This document shows, in pieces, positions 26,829 to 37,569 of a DNA stretch of 64,000 nt (the stretch's first letter is position 1; each line of letters opens with the position of its first letter). Made by a program: the position numbers and the translations under genes. Source of the stretch: an uncultured Clostridia bacterium (lineage in GTDB: Bacteria; Bacillota; Clostridia; Christensenellales; CAG-917); the NCBI GenBank assembly GCA_944358385.1, contig CALVQW010000006.1, positions 28,780 to 92,779 of the forward strand, read 5' to 3'. The notes beneath the pieces are model-generated. The model did not search any database and was not told where the DNA came from. It was given only the letters and a program-made list of their open reading frames with translations.

Positions 26829-27661
26829 ATGGAGAGATTCGAGTTGGTCTCCAAGAGAAAACTCGCGGACCGCGTGAACGAGTATGTCGTCTACGCGCCC
26901 GAAGTGGCAAGACATTGCAAGGCGGGGCAGTTCGTCATCCTGCGCGTGGACGAGGAAGGCGAGAGAGTGCCTTTTACCGTGTGCGACTATTCCCGCGAAG
27001 AGGGGACGGTGTGCATCCTCGTGCAGGAGGTGGGCTACACCACCGCTTTGCTCGCCCGTCTCGAAAAGGGGGACAGACTTGCCGACTTTGTCGGACCTCT
27101 CGGCAATCCCACCGATCTTTCCGCCTACAAGCGCATCCTTCTCGTGGGCGGCGGCATAGGCAGTGCGGTCATCTATCCGCAGGCGAAACAGCTTGCCGCG
27201 GAGGGCAGAGCCGCCGACGTCGTGGTCGGTGCGCGCAATGAGGGACTTCTCATCTATCAGGACGAGTTCCGCCGTTATGCAAAAGACTTCTATCCCGTCA
27301 CCGACGACGGCTCCAACGGCAGAAAGGGGTTTGTCACCGACGTGGTGCGCGAGCTTATCGAGAGCGGGGAGAGGTATGACGTGGTTTTCGCGGTGGGACC
27401 TCTGCCCATGATGCGCGCGGTGTGCAAGCTCACGGAGGAGTATTCCCTCCCCACCGTCGTGAGCATGAATCCCATCATGGTGGACGGCACTGGCATGTGC
27501 GGCTGCTGCCGCATCACTGTGGGTGGCGAGGTGAAATACGCCTGCATAGACGGTCCGGAATTCGACGGACACAAGGTGGATTTCGAGGAAGCGATGCAAA
27601 GGCTTCGCACCTACAAGGCGCAGGAAGAGGAACATATGTGCAGGTTGAGAGGTGAGAGAAG

Positions 27662-27665
<4 letters not shown>
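26829..27665 (+). CDS. nfnA: Ferredoxin-NADP(+) reductase-like FAD/2Fe-2S subunit (NfnA / sulfide dehydrogenase small-subunit type)
   Basis: In-frame part of ORF-track 26790..27665. ATG 26829 follows GGAGGAGGA. It has an FAD/NAD-binding fold and the C-terminal GTGMCGCCR cluster motif. Confidence 0.75.
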
Positions 27666-30354
<2,689 letters not shown>

Positions 30355-30356
<2 letters not shown>

Positions 30357-30476
30357 ACCGCGCTATTTTGCGTGATACTGCGTCAGACGCCCAGCCGCGA
30401 TTGCTCACGTACGGAAAGTACGCCACGCACCCGCGACAGGGCATCTTCCTTGTCTGACGCAAAAATATCGCGGTTT
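30355..30476 (+). repeat. Long interrupted hairpin A in the obg 3' region
   Basis: The outer stem is AAACCGCGCTATTTT (30355-30369) with AAAATATCGCGGTTT (30462-30476). The inner stem is TGCGTCAGAC (30379-30388) with GTCTGACGCA (30452-30461). The core TGCTCACGTACG-N5-AGTACGC is shared with hairpin B. Confidence 0.6.
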
Positions 30477-30498
30477 AGCAAGCTGACGGCACTATTTG

Positions 30499-30571
30499 GC
30501 GAATTGCTGCGTCAAAGCCCCCGTCGTGGATGCTCACGTACGTCTCAGTACGCTCCGGCGTCGCAATTCGC
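30499..30571 (+). repeat. Hairpin B, paralogous to hairpin A
   Basis: GCGAATTGC (30499-30507) pairs with GCAATTCGC (30563-30571). The interior is about 65% identical to the interior of hairpin A, in the same orientation. Confidence 0.6.
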
Positions 30572-30583
30572 GCTAAACTGCAA

Positions 30584-30609
30584 GAAAGCCGCTTGAAAGA
30601 GCGGCTTTC
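30584..30609. terminator. Hairpin closing the obg 3' region
   Basis: GAAAGCCGC (30584-30592) pairs with GCGGCTTTC (30601-30609). The flanks are A-rich and T-rich but there is no long T run. Confidence 0.5.
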
Positions 30610-30913
30610 CGTTTGCTTGCGCGCGATTGCTCCTTTTCCCCACAAAGCGTGCTCGTTTTGACCCCACCGAAAATTTTTTCGGCGGGGATCCCACACTGCG
30701 CCGCTTTGCGGGGACCCCAATTGAGGGGTGCTTTCGCGTTCTGCATCCAAATGGCGGCGTTTAGCAAATGAGCGTTTGTGCGAGTGTCTTTGACCGCGCC
30801 GAGCACTCTTTCAAAGACGGAATAACGAACAGCATGAGCGTGACGCCCTCAGACCCGACGTTATCTCTTTCTGAGTGTCTTTGAGTACGATGTGCCCATT
30901 TTCGGAGGCGGTC

Positions 30914-31723
30914 TCACGCGCTGTCCGTCGGCAGCGTGTCTTGTGGAGTGTTGTCGGCGTCGGTGGCGGTGAGGGTGTTGAGGATGTTTTCGCCGCCGAA
31001 GGGACCTTTGCCCAAGGGGGTGAGGGTGAGAAGTGCCATTATGAGGGAGATGCTGCCGAAGATGAGGTAGTAGATGCGGAGGGGCGTGAGGAAGGCGACG
31101 GCGACCAGGATGAAGCCCGAAAAGAGATAGTTTTTGAGATTGGATCTGCGGAATGCCGCCTCAAAGAACGCGGCGGGGGAGAATTTCGGCTTTATGCGTT
31201 TGAGGTCGGGCAGGGCGTCGTGCTTTTTGAGCCAGCGGTAGACGGTGCGGAGCTTGACGGGCGAGAGCCTGATCTCACGATACTGCATGACGCGGTAGGC
31301 GCGTCTGTCCACGGCGCGCGCGATGAAGTAGACGCGTTTGCGGGAGAGCCGTTCCGCTTTTTCCGCGAGGGAGTTGAGGTCGCTCATGCCGAGAGTGCCG
31401 AGTTTCGCGGAGGCGAATATGACAGCGTCGGGAGTGAGGATGTGGTCGTCGCCGAAGGTGAGATCGCGCGCGGTAGACGCGGAGCGCAGCAGGGAAATGA
31501 GGTAGGAAGGCGGGCGCAGCGCGCATTCCAGCGAGAAACGCTCGCAGGAACAGTGTTTGCCGGAGCCGCGGCGTATGTAGACGACGGTGACCGCGCTCAT
31601 CAGCGCGACCGCCGCAGACACCGCGAACACCGCCGCCCACGAGGTCAGGACGGCGGTCGTCCACACGAATGTGAGGAGGAAGGTGATGACGGTGACAGCC
31701 GCCGTATCCACTATGTGCGCCAT
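30914..31723 (-). CDS. Hypothetical polytopic membrane protein with a central soluble domain
   Basis: ORF-track 30914..31828 (TTG start). I prefer ATG 31723 because the nadD promoter occupies 31797-31824. The layout is two N-terminal TM helices, a ~150-aa soluble region and C-terminal TM helices. The opposite-strand ORF 30875..31843 has antisense-type composition. Confidence 0.55.
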   Translation of the reverse strand: MAHIVDTAAVTVITFLLTFVWTTAVLTSWAAVFAVSAAVALMSAVTVVYIRRGSGKHCSCERFSLECALRPPSYLISLLRSASTARDLTFGDDHILTPDAVIFASAKLGTLGMSDLNSLAEKAERLSRKRVYFIARAVDRRAYRVMQYREIRLSPVKLRTVYRWLKKHDALPDLKRIKPKFSPAAFFEAAFRRSNLKNYLFSGFILVAVAFLTPLRIYYLIFGSISLIMALLTLTPLGKGPFGGENILNTLTATDADNTPQDTLPTDSA

Positions 31724-31796
31724 GCCGAAATGATGTCCTTTTGCCGCGCGCTTTATTCTCTCTGCGCCAAAGAGGGCGGAAAATGTCCGTTCCGTC

Positions 31797-31824
31797 TTGA
31801 AATTTTGCGTCGGGATGGTATAAT
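31797..31824 (+). promoter_or_regulatory. nadD::yqeK promoter ending 6 nt before the ATG (leaderless geometry)
   Basis: TTGAAA (31797-31802), 16 nt, TGg-TATAAT (31816-31824), TCAAGT, ATG (31831). Confidence 0.6.
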
Positions 31825-31830
31825 TCAAGT

Positions 31831-32970
31831 ATGCACACGGTGATCTACGGCGGAGCGTTCGATCCGCCTCACTCCGAACACGTAAAAGCTCTCAAATGTG
31901 CCGTCGAGACTTTCGGCGCAAAGAGGGCGGTCATTCTGCCCACCTATCTTCCTCCGCACAAAAGCAGAGGTTTTTTGGATTTCGACACGAGGGCGGAGCT
32001 TGCGCGTGCGGCATTTGACGGAGTGGCGGACGAGGTCATCGTGGATGATGCGGAAAAGGTGAGGGGAAAGGACAACTTCTCCTATCTCCTCCTGCCCGAA
32101 ATGAAGAAAAAGTACGGCGACATCGTCTACCTCATAGGCGGCGACAGCCTGCGCGACATCGGAGGATGGAGACACCCAGAGCGCGTGCTTGCGGAGTGTA
32201 CCGTGGCTGTCGCGCCCCGCAAGGGCTGCGGAGATGCGGAAGGCGAGATGCGGGACGCCATTGAGAAGTACGGCGGCAACATAGTCGTGCTGGACTTTAT
32301 GGGCGGGGACGTATCCTCCGGGAGAGTGAAAGCGAGCCTGCTTTTGGGCGAGAAGTGCGAGGACATCCCTCCGCGGGTTGCCGAGATCATCGCGCGGCGC
32401 GGGCTGTACCGTGACTATGCCGAGGACGTGGAAAAGCTGCGCGGCATGGAGACGGAGGAACTTTTTGCGCACACGGAGGCAGCGGTGATGCGCGCGGTGG
32501 ACCTCAACTCCCGCCACAACCTCAAACAGGATTTCAGGCGGGTGTTTGTGGCGGCACTCCTGCACGACAATGCCAAACAGCGTCCCTCTCTCGACGGGCT
32601 GGACGTGCCGAAGGACAGTGTGGGCACTCCCGTCCTGCACCAATTCCTGGGAGCGGAGAAAGCGAGAAGGGATTTCGGCGTGACGGACGGGGGAGTGCTG
32701 GACGCCATACGCTACCACACTACGGCGAAGCCCGACATGACGGTGCTGGAAAAGCTGATCTACACCGCGGACAGCACCTCATATGACAGGGATTACGCTC
32801 CCATACCCGAATTGCGCGCCGAGGTGGACGCGGACTTCGAGGGAGGGTTCCTCGCCGTGCTGGGATACACCTACCGCAAACTGAAAGCCAAGGGCGGAGC
32901 GGTCTATCCGTTGACGGAGAGTGCCGTGAAGTTCTATCTGCCGGAACTTGCCGCCGAATACGGCGAATGA
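31831..32970 (+). CDS. nadD: Fusion of nicotinate-nucleotide adenylyltransferase (NadD) and the HD-domain phosphohydrolase YqeK
   Basis: 379-aa ORF. The N-terminal half has GGAFDPPHSEH. The C-terminal half has the YqeK HD motifs (HTEAAV...ALLHDNAK...IRYHTTAKPDM...IYTADS). Confidence 0.9.
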   Translation: MHTVIYGGAFDPPHSEHVKALKCAVETFGAKRAVILPTYLPPHKSRGFLDFDTRAELARAAFDGVADEVIVDDAEKVRGKDNFSYLLLPEMKKKYGDIVYLIGGDSLRDIGGWRHPERVLAECTVAVAPRKGCGDAEGEMRDAIEKYGGNIVVLDFMGGDVSSGRVKASLLLGEKCEDIPPRVAEIIARRGLYRDYAEDVEKLRGMETEELFAHTEAAVMRAVDLNSRHNLKQDFRRVFVAALLHDNAKQRPSLDGLDVPKDSVGTPVLHQFLGAEKARRDFGVTDGGVLDAIRYHTTAKPDMTVLEKLIYTADSTSYDRDYAPIPELRAEVDADFEGGFLAVLGYTYRKLKAKGGAVYPLTESAVKFYLPELAAEYGE

Positions 32971-33010
32971 CGAAAGAAAAATGCGCGAATGCGCAGGATA
33001 AGGAGAATAT

Positions 33011-33364
33011 ATGAGTCCCGAAGAGATCAAAAACGCGATATGCAAAGAGCTTGATGAGAGGAAGGCGGTGGACATCACCGTGCTGAATGTGGAACATCTC
33101 ACCGTCATTGCCGACTACTTCGTCATATGCACGGCGCGCAGCAACAAGCAAGTGAAAGCTCTTGCCGAGTATGTGGAGGAGAAGATGGAGGAACTCGGCG
33201 TCCCCGTCCTTCGCAGCGACGGTGTGCGCGAGGGCAAATGGGCGGTGCTGGATTTCGGCAGCGTCATCGTCCACGTGTTCAACGACGACACCCGCATGTT
33301 CTATTGCCTGGAAAAGCTGTGGTCGGACGGAAACAATGTGGAGTTTTACGCAGGGCAGAAATGA
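33011..33364 (+). CDS. rsfS: Ribosome silencing factor RsfS
   Basis: 117-aa ORF with SD AAGGAGA. DYFVICTARSNKQVKALAE and WAVLDFGSVIVHVF motifs are present. Confidence 0.92.
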   Translation: MSPEEIKNAICKELDERKAVDITVLNVEHLTVIADYFVICTARSNKQVKALAEYVEEKMEELGVPVLRSDGVREGKWAVLDFGSVIVHVFNDDTRMFYCLEKLWSDGNNVEFYAGQK

Positions 33365-33459
33365 AATGATCCGCCTCGGAGCAAGCTTCGGCACTTCCGC
33401 ATAGCCGGATCTGCCGACAAGCAAACGCCGAGAAGTGAGATCGTGAAGTTGAAAACGAG

Positions 33460-33492
33460 AGAGGCGCGCGGTTTTTCCGCGCGCCTCTTTTT
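33460..33492 (+). terminator. Intrinsic terminator after rsfS
   Basis: AGAGGCGCGCGG (33460-33471) pairs with CCGCGCGCCTCT (33477-33488), followed by TTTT. Confidence 0.9.
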
Positions 33493-33680
33493 CCCGATCG
33501 CGCGTTCGGACGGTCGGGAGAGTGGTCGGGAGGTGACTTCCGCGCGACGCACATGCGCCGAGAGTGCGTCGGAAAGTGCCGATAAGTGCCGCCGAATGAG
33601 TCCTCAAAGTGTGCCCGGTGCCGATGTCGGACGACAACAGGCGGGCATCCCACAGGAGACTTCTCGCGCGGTTTTGCCCG

Positions 33681-33738
33681 AAAGTATTCTCGAAAAAGCC
33701 CAAAAGTATAATACAAAAGGGCGATTTTGAGAACACTT
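33681..33738. repeat. Dispersed repeat family E, copy 2
   Basis: AAAGTATTCTC (33681-33691), 37 nt containing AAAAGTATAATAC, then GAGAACACTT (33729-33738). Confidence 0.6.
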
Positions 33739-33830
33739 CCGCAACTTAATTTAATTTTTCTTGCGGTTTGAGTTTTCTCACGACGGGTGTTTGCATGCGT
33801 TTGGTTACGCCGTACGACATCGCCGTTGAG

Positions 33831-34172
33831 TCACAGCCCTAGTTTTTTGAGTATTAAGTCCTGCACCTCCGCGCTCATATCGCGGGAGATGCGGCGGTAG
33901 ATTTCCAGGTCGAATGTGACGGTGACGGGAGTCCCCGCCGCTTCACTCGCTGCCGCGGTGAGCAGTTCTTTAAGTGCCGCACGGTCGCTGGCAAGATAGA
34001 TGGGTTCGGTGAGTACCGCAAGCACGGTGATCCCCTTCCTTTCAAACGCGCGGGCGGCAAGCACGAGAGGGTTGGAGAGGGCGGCGTATTCCGCACCGCG
34101 CGCTCCTTCCTCCGCTTTCGCCTGTTCGGCAACGTATGCAGGGGGTTCGTGAGAGCCGAAGATCATGTCCAT
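33831..34172 (-). CDS. Hypothetical protein (~113 aa)
   Basis: In-frame part of ORF-track 33831..34250. ATG 34172 (MDMIFGSHE) is preferred. I recognise no family. Confidence 0.4.
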   Translation of the reverse strand: MDMIFGSHEPPAYVAEQAKAEEGARGAEYAALSNPLVLAARAFERKGITVLAVLTEPIYLASDRAALKELLTAAASEAAGTPVTVTFDLEIYRRISRDMSAEVQDLILKKLGL

Positions 34173-34512
34173 ACACCCTTTGTCTCCAAAAAGCGGATTT
34201 ATTATTCTCTTTGCACAGAGAGCATTCCCGTTTTTCTGCGCAGAGTGCATTCCCTATTTCGCAGGCGGGGCGTTGTTTTTTTGCAGTGCGCGGGTGTGTT
34301 CAGTGGTCGTCATCGTCTTGCTTTCGGCAGTACGACGCGAGAAGTATCTTAGGTGTCGCGGAGCGGGGAGTGTTTTCGTCGGCGCGGTATTTTTCGGCGG
34401 TGTGTATGTGCGTTTTGTTTGAGTGTTTTGTGTTCGCCATAGTTGCATTTGCCGCAAAACGCGCCTTTTTCAGGTTTTCGCCCGTGAAAATCCCGCAAAT
34501 TTTTTCATTTTG

Positions 34513-34542
34513 TTGACATCGGGGGAGGGGCGGTTATATGAT
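34513..34542 (+). promoter_or_regulatory. Promoter of the FMN-riboswitch operon
   Basis: TTGACA (34513-34518), 18 nt, TATGAT (34537-34542). Confidence 0.65.
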
Positions 34543-34544
34543 GA

Positions 34545-34662
34545 TATCGCTTCGGGGCGAGGTGAAATCCCTCACCGGCGGTATAGTCCGCGAACTTGCT
34601 TTGCAAGCCGATCGGGTGAAATTCCCGAACCGACGGTCACAGTCCGGATGGAAGAAGTGCAG
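34545..34662 (+). promoter_or_regulatory. FMN riboswitch (RFN element) aptamer
   Basis: The conserved RFN blocks CTTCGGGGCGAGGTGAAATCCCT, ACCGGCGGTA, GTCCGCGA, GATCGGGTGAAATTCCCGA and ACCGACGGTCACAGTCCGGATGGAAGAAG are present. It lies directly upstream of a RibU-type gene. Confidence 0.9.
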
Positions 34663-34681
34663 AATATTACTTTTCTGTGCC

Positions 34682-34713
34682 CCTTGGAGTAATAAACACT
34701 TCGAGGTTTTTTT
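34682..34713 (+). terminator. Riboswitch expression-platform terminator that also buries the SD
   Basis: CCTTGGAG (34682-34689) pairs with CTTCGAGG (34699-34706), two of the pairs G-U. T7 (34707-34713) runs into the ATG at 34714. The only SD-like GAGG is inside the 3' arm. Confidence 0.75.
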
Positions 34714-35790
34714 ATGGGAAGCAAAAGGAAGATCGGTCGCAAACCGAGCAAGATCAGCACGTCGCAGCTTTGCGGCATGGGTGTTTTGTGCGCGTTGGCG
34801 GTGATATTCGCCTGTTTTGCGCGCGGTGCATGGCCTGCTGCGACATTTTTGGAGTATTCCCCCGCGGATGTCCCCATACTCATCGGCACTTTTATGTACG
34901 GTCCCGTCGCGGGCATACTCATGTCGTTGATCGTGGCGGTGTTGCAGGGCGTCACCGTCAGCGCGTCGAGCGGCATAATCGGCATCGTGATGAATTTTGT
35001 CTCAATGTTCGCGTTCGTTTTTGTGGCGGGCTTGATCTACAAGAAGTGGCACACATTAAAAGGCGCGCTCCTTTCTCTGGGTGTGGGTGCTTTGACGGGC
35101 GTCATAGTGATGATTTTGTGGAACATCATCCTCACCCCGCTCTATATGGACGTTTCCCGCGAGGTCGTGATCGGGATGCTCCCGACGGTGTTCTTGCCCT
35201 TCAACCTCGTGCGTTATGCTGCCAATGCGGTCATGACCTTCATCCTCTACAAGGCGACGCGCAAATTTTTCGGTTTCCTTTTCAAGAATCTGCCGGATAT
35301 CAAGCTGAACAACAAACTTTCCGGGGAGTATGAGAGCGGCTCGGAGGAGGAGACTTTCGAGCTTGCAAAGCGCGTTGCGGACACTTTGGAGGGCGGCGAG
35401 ACCATAGTGCTGGAAGGGGACCTCGGCGCGGGCAAGACCACCTTCACCAAAGGGCTTGCCAAGGCTCTCGGCGTGACGGAAGATGTGACCAGCCCCACTT
35501 TCACCCTCATGAACGTCTACGAGGACGGCAGACTGCCTCTGTGCCATCTGGACATGTACCGTCTGGAAGGGGAGGACGACGCGGAGGAGCTGGGGCTGCT
35601 GGACACCGCGCCCGAAAATGCCGTGAAAGTCATCGAATGGAACAAGTTTGCCGACTTGACAGGGCGAGTGATAGATGTCAAAATAGCTCTTAACGGAGAA
35701 AATGAAAGGACGTTTACGCTCTCGGACAGCGCGGATGCGGCAAAGCACGGCGTCTCGGCGCACAGGAAAGGGAATTCCGCGGCGGCGTGA
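34714..35790 (+). CDS. In-frame fusion of a riboflavin ECF-transporter S component (RibU-like) and the t6A ATPase TsaE
   Basis: 358-aa uninterrupted ORF. Residues ~1-195 are RibU-like (PADVPILIGTFMYGPVAGI, FLPFNLVRY, about 5 TM helices). Residues ~205-358 are TsaE (GDLGAGKTTFTKGLAKALG, VTSPTFTL, HLDMYRL). There is no ATG between the two halves. Confidence 0.85.
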   Translation: MGSKRKIGRKPSKISTSQLCGMGVLCALAVIFACFARGAWPAATFLEYSPADVPILIGTFMYGPVAGILMSLIVAVLQGVTVSASSGIIGIVMNFVSMFAFVFVAGLIYKKWHTLKGALLSLGVGALTGVIVMILWNIILTPLYMDVSREVVIGMLPTVFLPFNLVRYAANAVMTFILYKATRKFFGFLFKNLPDIKLNNKLSGEYESGSEEETFELAKRVADTLEGGETIVLEGDLGAGKTTFTKGLAKALGVTEDVTSPTFTLMNVYEDGRLPLCHLDMYRLEGEDDAEELGLLDTAPENAVKVIEWNKFADLTGRVIDVKIALNGENERTFTLSDSADAAKHGVSAHRKGNSAAA

Positions 35791-35805
35791 GCGTCTCGGA
35801 CGCAC

Positions 35806-36384
35806 ATGAACATTCTTTATCTCGACACATCCCAGAACATCCTCACCGCAGGCGTATTGAAGGGCGGGGAGAACTTCTCCCGCACCGTTGACGCAGGCAC
35901 GAGCGGACACACCCGCATACTTCTCGGCGAGATCGACGCGACACTTGCCGCGGCGGGGCTGGACATCACGGACATCGACGCGGTGGCGGCGGTGGTCGGT
36001 CCCGGCTCTTTCACGGGGATACGCATAGGCGCGGCGACGGCTGCCGCACTCTCCCGCGGTACGGGCGCGAAAAAGATCGCCGTGACGGAATTCGAACTTA
36101 TCGCATACGATAGAGGGAAGATCACGGCGGCTGTCGAGGCGGGGAGAGGCAACCTCTACTGCGCCGAGTGCGAGGACGGCAGGGTGAAGGACACGTTCTT
36201 CCTTCCCGCGGAGGAGAGGGAAGGTGCGGGAGAGAGGGAGTTTGTTTTCGAGCCTCTCCCGAAGAGGGGCGAGGCGTTCGCGGCGGTGGCGTCCTCAAAG
36301 GCGGCACGCGGCGAGTTCGCGGACGTGTTCGAGCCGTTTTATATGAGAAAATCGCAGGCGGAGAGGACGAAGGATGAGATTTGA
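35806..36384 (+). CDS. tsaB: tRNA t6A biosynthesis protein TsaB
   Basis: 192-aa ORF with ILYLDTS, GPGSFTGIRIG and a YeaZ-like fold. Confidence 0.88.
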   Translation: MNILYLDTSQNILTAGVLKGGENFSRTVDAGTSGHTRILLGEIDATLAAAGLDITDIDAVAAVVGPGSFTGIRIGAATAAALSRGTGAKKIAVTEFELIAYDRGKITAAVEAGRGNLYCAECEDGRVKDTFFLPAEEREGAGEREFVFEPLPKRGEAFAAVASSKAARGEFADVFEPFYMRKSQAERTKDEI

Positions 36385-36832
36385 GCCTCTGCGCTACGAG
36401 CATCTGCGCCAGATGGCGGAGATAGAAAAGGAAGCGTTCGACATGCCTTGGACGGAGACCATGTTCATTCCCGAAGTGGGCAGCGAGAACGCGACGTACG
36501 TCGTCGGAACACGCGGCGAGGAAGTGATATGCTACGGCGGCTTCCACAGCGTGCTTGACGAGGCGCACATCACCAACATCGCGGTGAAAAGCACGGAAAG
36601 GGGGAAGGGCATAGGCAGATTCCTGCTCGCCACCCTGATAGGCAAAGCGCGCGAAAAGGGCGCGTCCACGGTGTCACTGGAGGTCAAGACCACCAACAAA
36701 CCCGCGATCTCTCTCTACGAGAGTTTCGGTTTTAAGGTGGCGGGGGTGCGAAAGAGGTACTACAACAATCTCTTCGACGCCTACGTCATGTGGCTCGACC
36801 TGGAGGGACGTGAACAGCCTGATCCTCGGTGA
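36374..36832 (+). CDS. rimI: Ribosomal-protein-alanine N-acetyltransferase
   Basis: 152-aa GNAT ORF (ITNIAVKSTERGKGIGRFLL, ISLYESFGF). It is in the canonical tsaB-rimI position and overlaps the tsaB end. Confidence 0.85.
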   Translation: MRFEPLRYEHLRQMAEIEKEAFDMPWTETMFIPEVGSENATYVVGTRGEEVICYGGFHSVLDEAHITNIAVKSTERGKGIGRFLLATLIGKAREKGASTVSLEVKTTNKPAISLYESFGFKVAGVRKRYYNNLFDAYVMWLDLEGREQPDPR

Positions 36833-37505
36833 GAACGAACGCTATACGGTGATATTCCTGCACGGCTGGGGCGGTGACGCCTCCGCCTTTTATTTTTGCG
36901 CGGAAAGGCTGAAAGGGGAGTTTTGCTGCGTGCTGCCCGACCTTGCGGGTTTCGGCAAGAGCGCGGAACCCGACTCTCCCCGCACCGTCGCGGACTACGC
37001 CGCAGACGTCCTCGCGCTCGCGGACGAACGCGGGTGGGAGAAATTCGCCCTCGTCGGACACAGTTTCGGGGGCAGGGTGGCTCTGGACATCGCAGCCAGC
37101 CGCCCCGAAAGGGTGACCGCACTCGCGCTGGTGGACGCGGCGGGACTGAGACCGCGCAGGAAACCTTCGTATTATCTCCGCGTCGCCGCACACAAAGTGC
37201 TGAAAAGGCTGGTCGGGAAGGGGCTGAAAGGATCCTCGGACTACCGCTCGCTCTCTCCCGTGATGAAGGCGACCTTCGTCAATGTCGTAAATTACGACCA
37301 AACACATCTCCTTCCCTTCGTCTCCTGTCCCACGGCGGTGTTTTGGGGAAAGGACGACCGCGACACCCCGCCGTATATGGCGAAAAGGTTTGTCCGCGGC
37401 ATAAAGGACTCCGTGCTTTTCCCGCTTGAAGGCGACCATTTCGCTTACCTCACCGATCCTTCATTCTTTCCCGTCCTCCGCGCCTTTCTTCTCGGCGTGA
37501 AGTGA
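36810..37505 (+). CDS. Alpha/beta-fold hydrolase
   Basis: 231-aa ORF with a GTG start. It has IFLHGWGGD, the nucleophile elbow GHSFGG and a C-terminal GDHF. Confidence 0.8.
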   Translation: MNSLILGENERYTVIFLHGWGGDASAFYFCAERLKGEFCCVLPDLAGFGKSAEPDSPRTVADYAADVLALADERGWEKFALVGHSFGGRVALDIAASRPERVTALALVDAAGLRPRRKPSYYLRVAAHKVLKRLVGKGLKGSSDYRSLSPVMKATFVNVVNYDQTHLLPFVSCPTAVFWGKDDRDTPPYMAKRFVRGIKDSVLFPLEGDHFAYLTDPSFFPVLRAFLLGVK

Positions 37506-37569
37506 CCGCGCTCTCTCGCCCGACGCCCGCCTTTCCCGCGGCACGATTTTGCGGGGAGCGGCATATCAT

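Noticed and set aside
30875-31843. 322-aa + strand ORF opposite the membrane-protein gene
   Set aside because: Its Gly/Glu/Asp/Arg-rich composition is antisense-like and it has no SD. The minus-strand frame encodes clean TM helices. It would also have to be translated through the nadD promoter.
34250-34500. Strongly G/T-rich (C/A-rich on the minus strand) 250-bp stretch upstream of the 33831..34172 gene
   Set aside because: The strand asymmetry is real. However, I could define no promoter, repeat unit, structure or ORF in it, so it is too vague to report as a feature.
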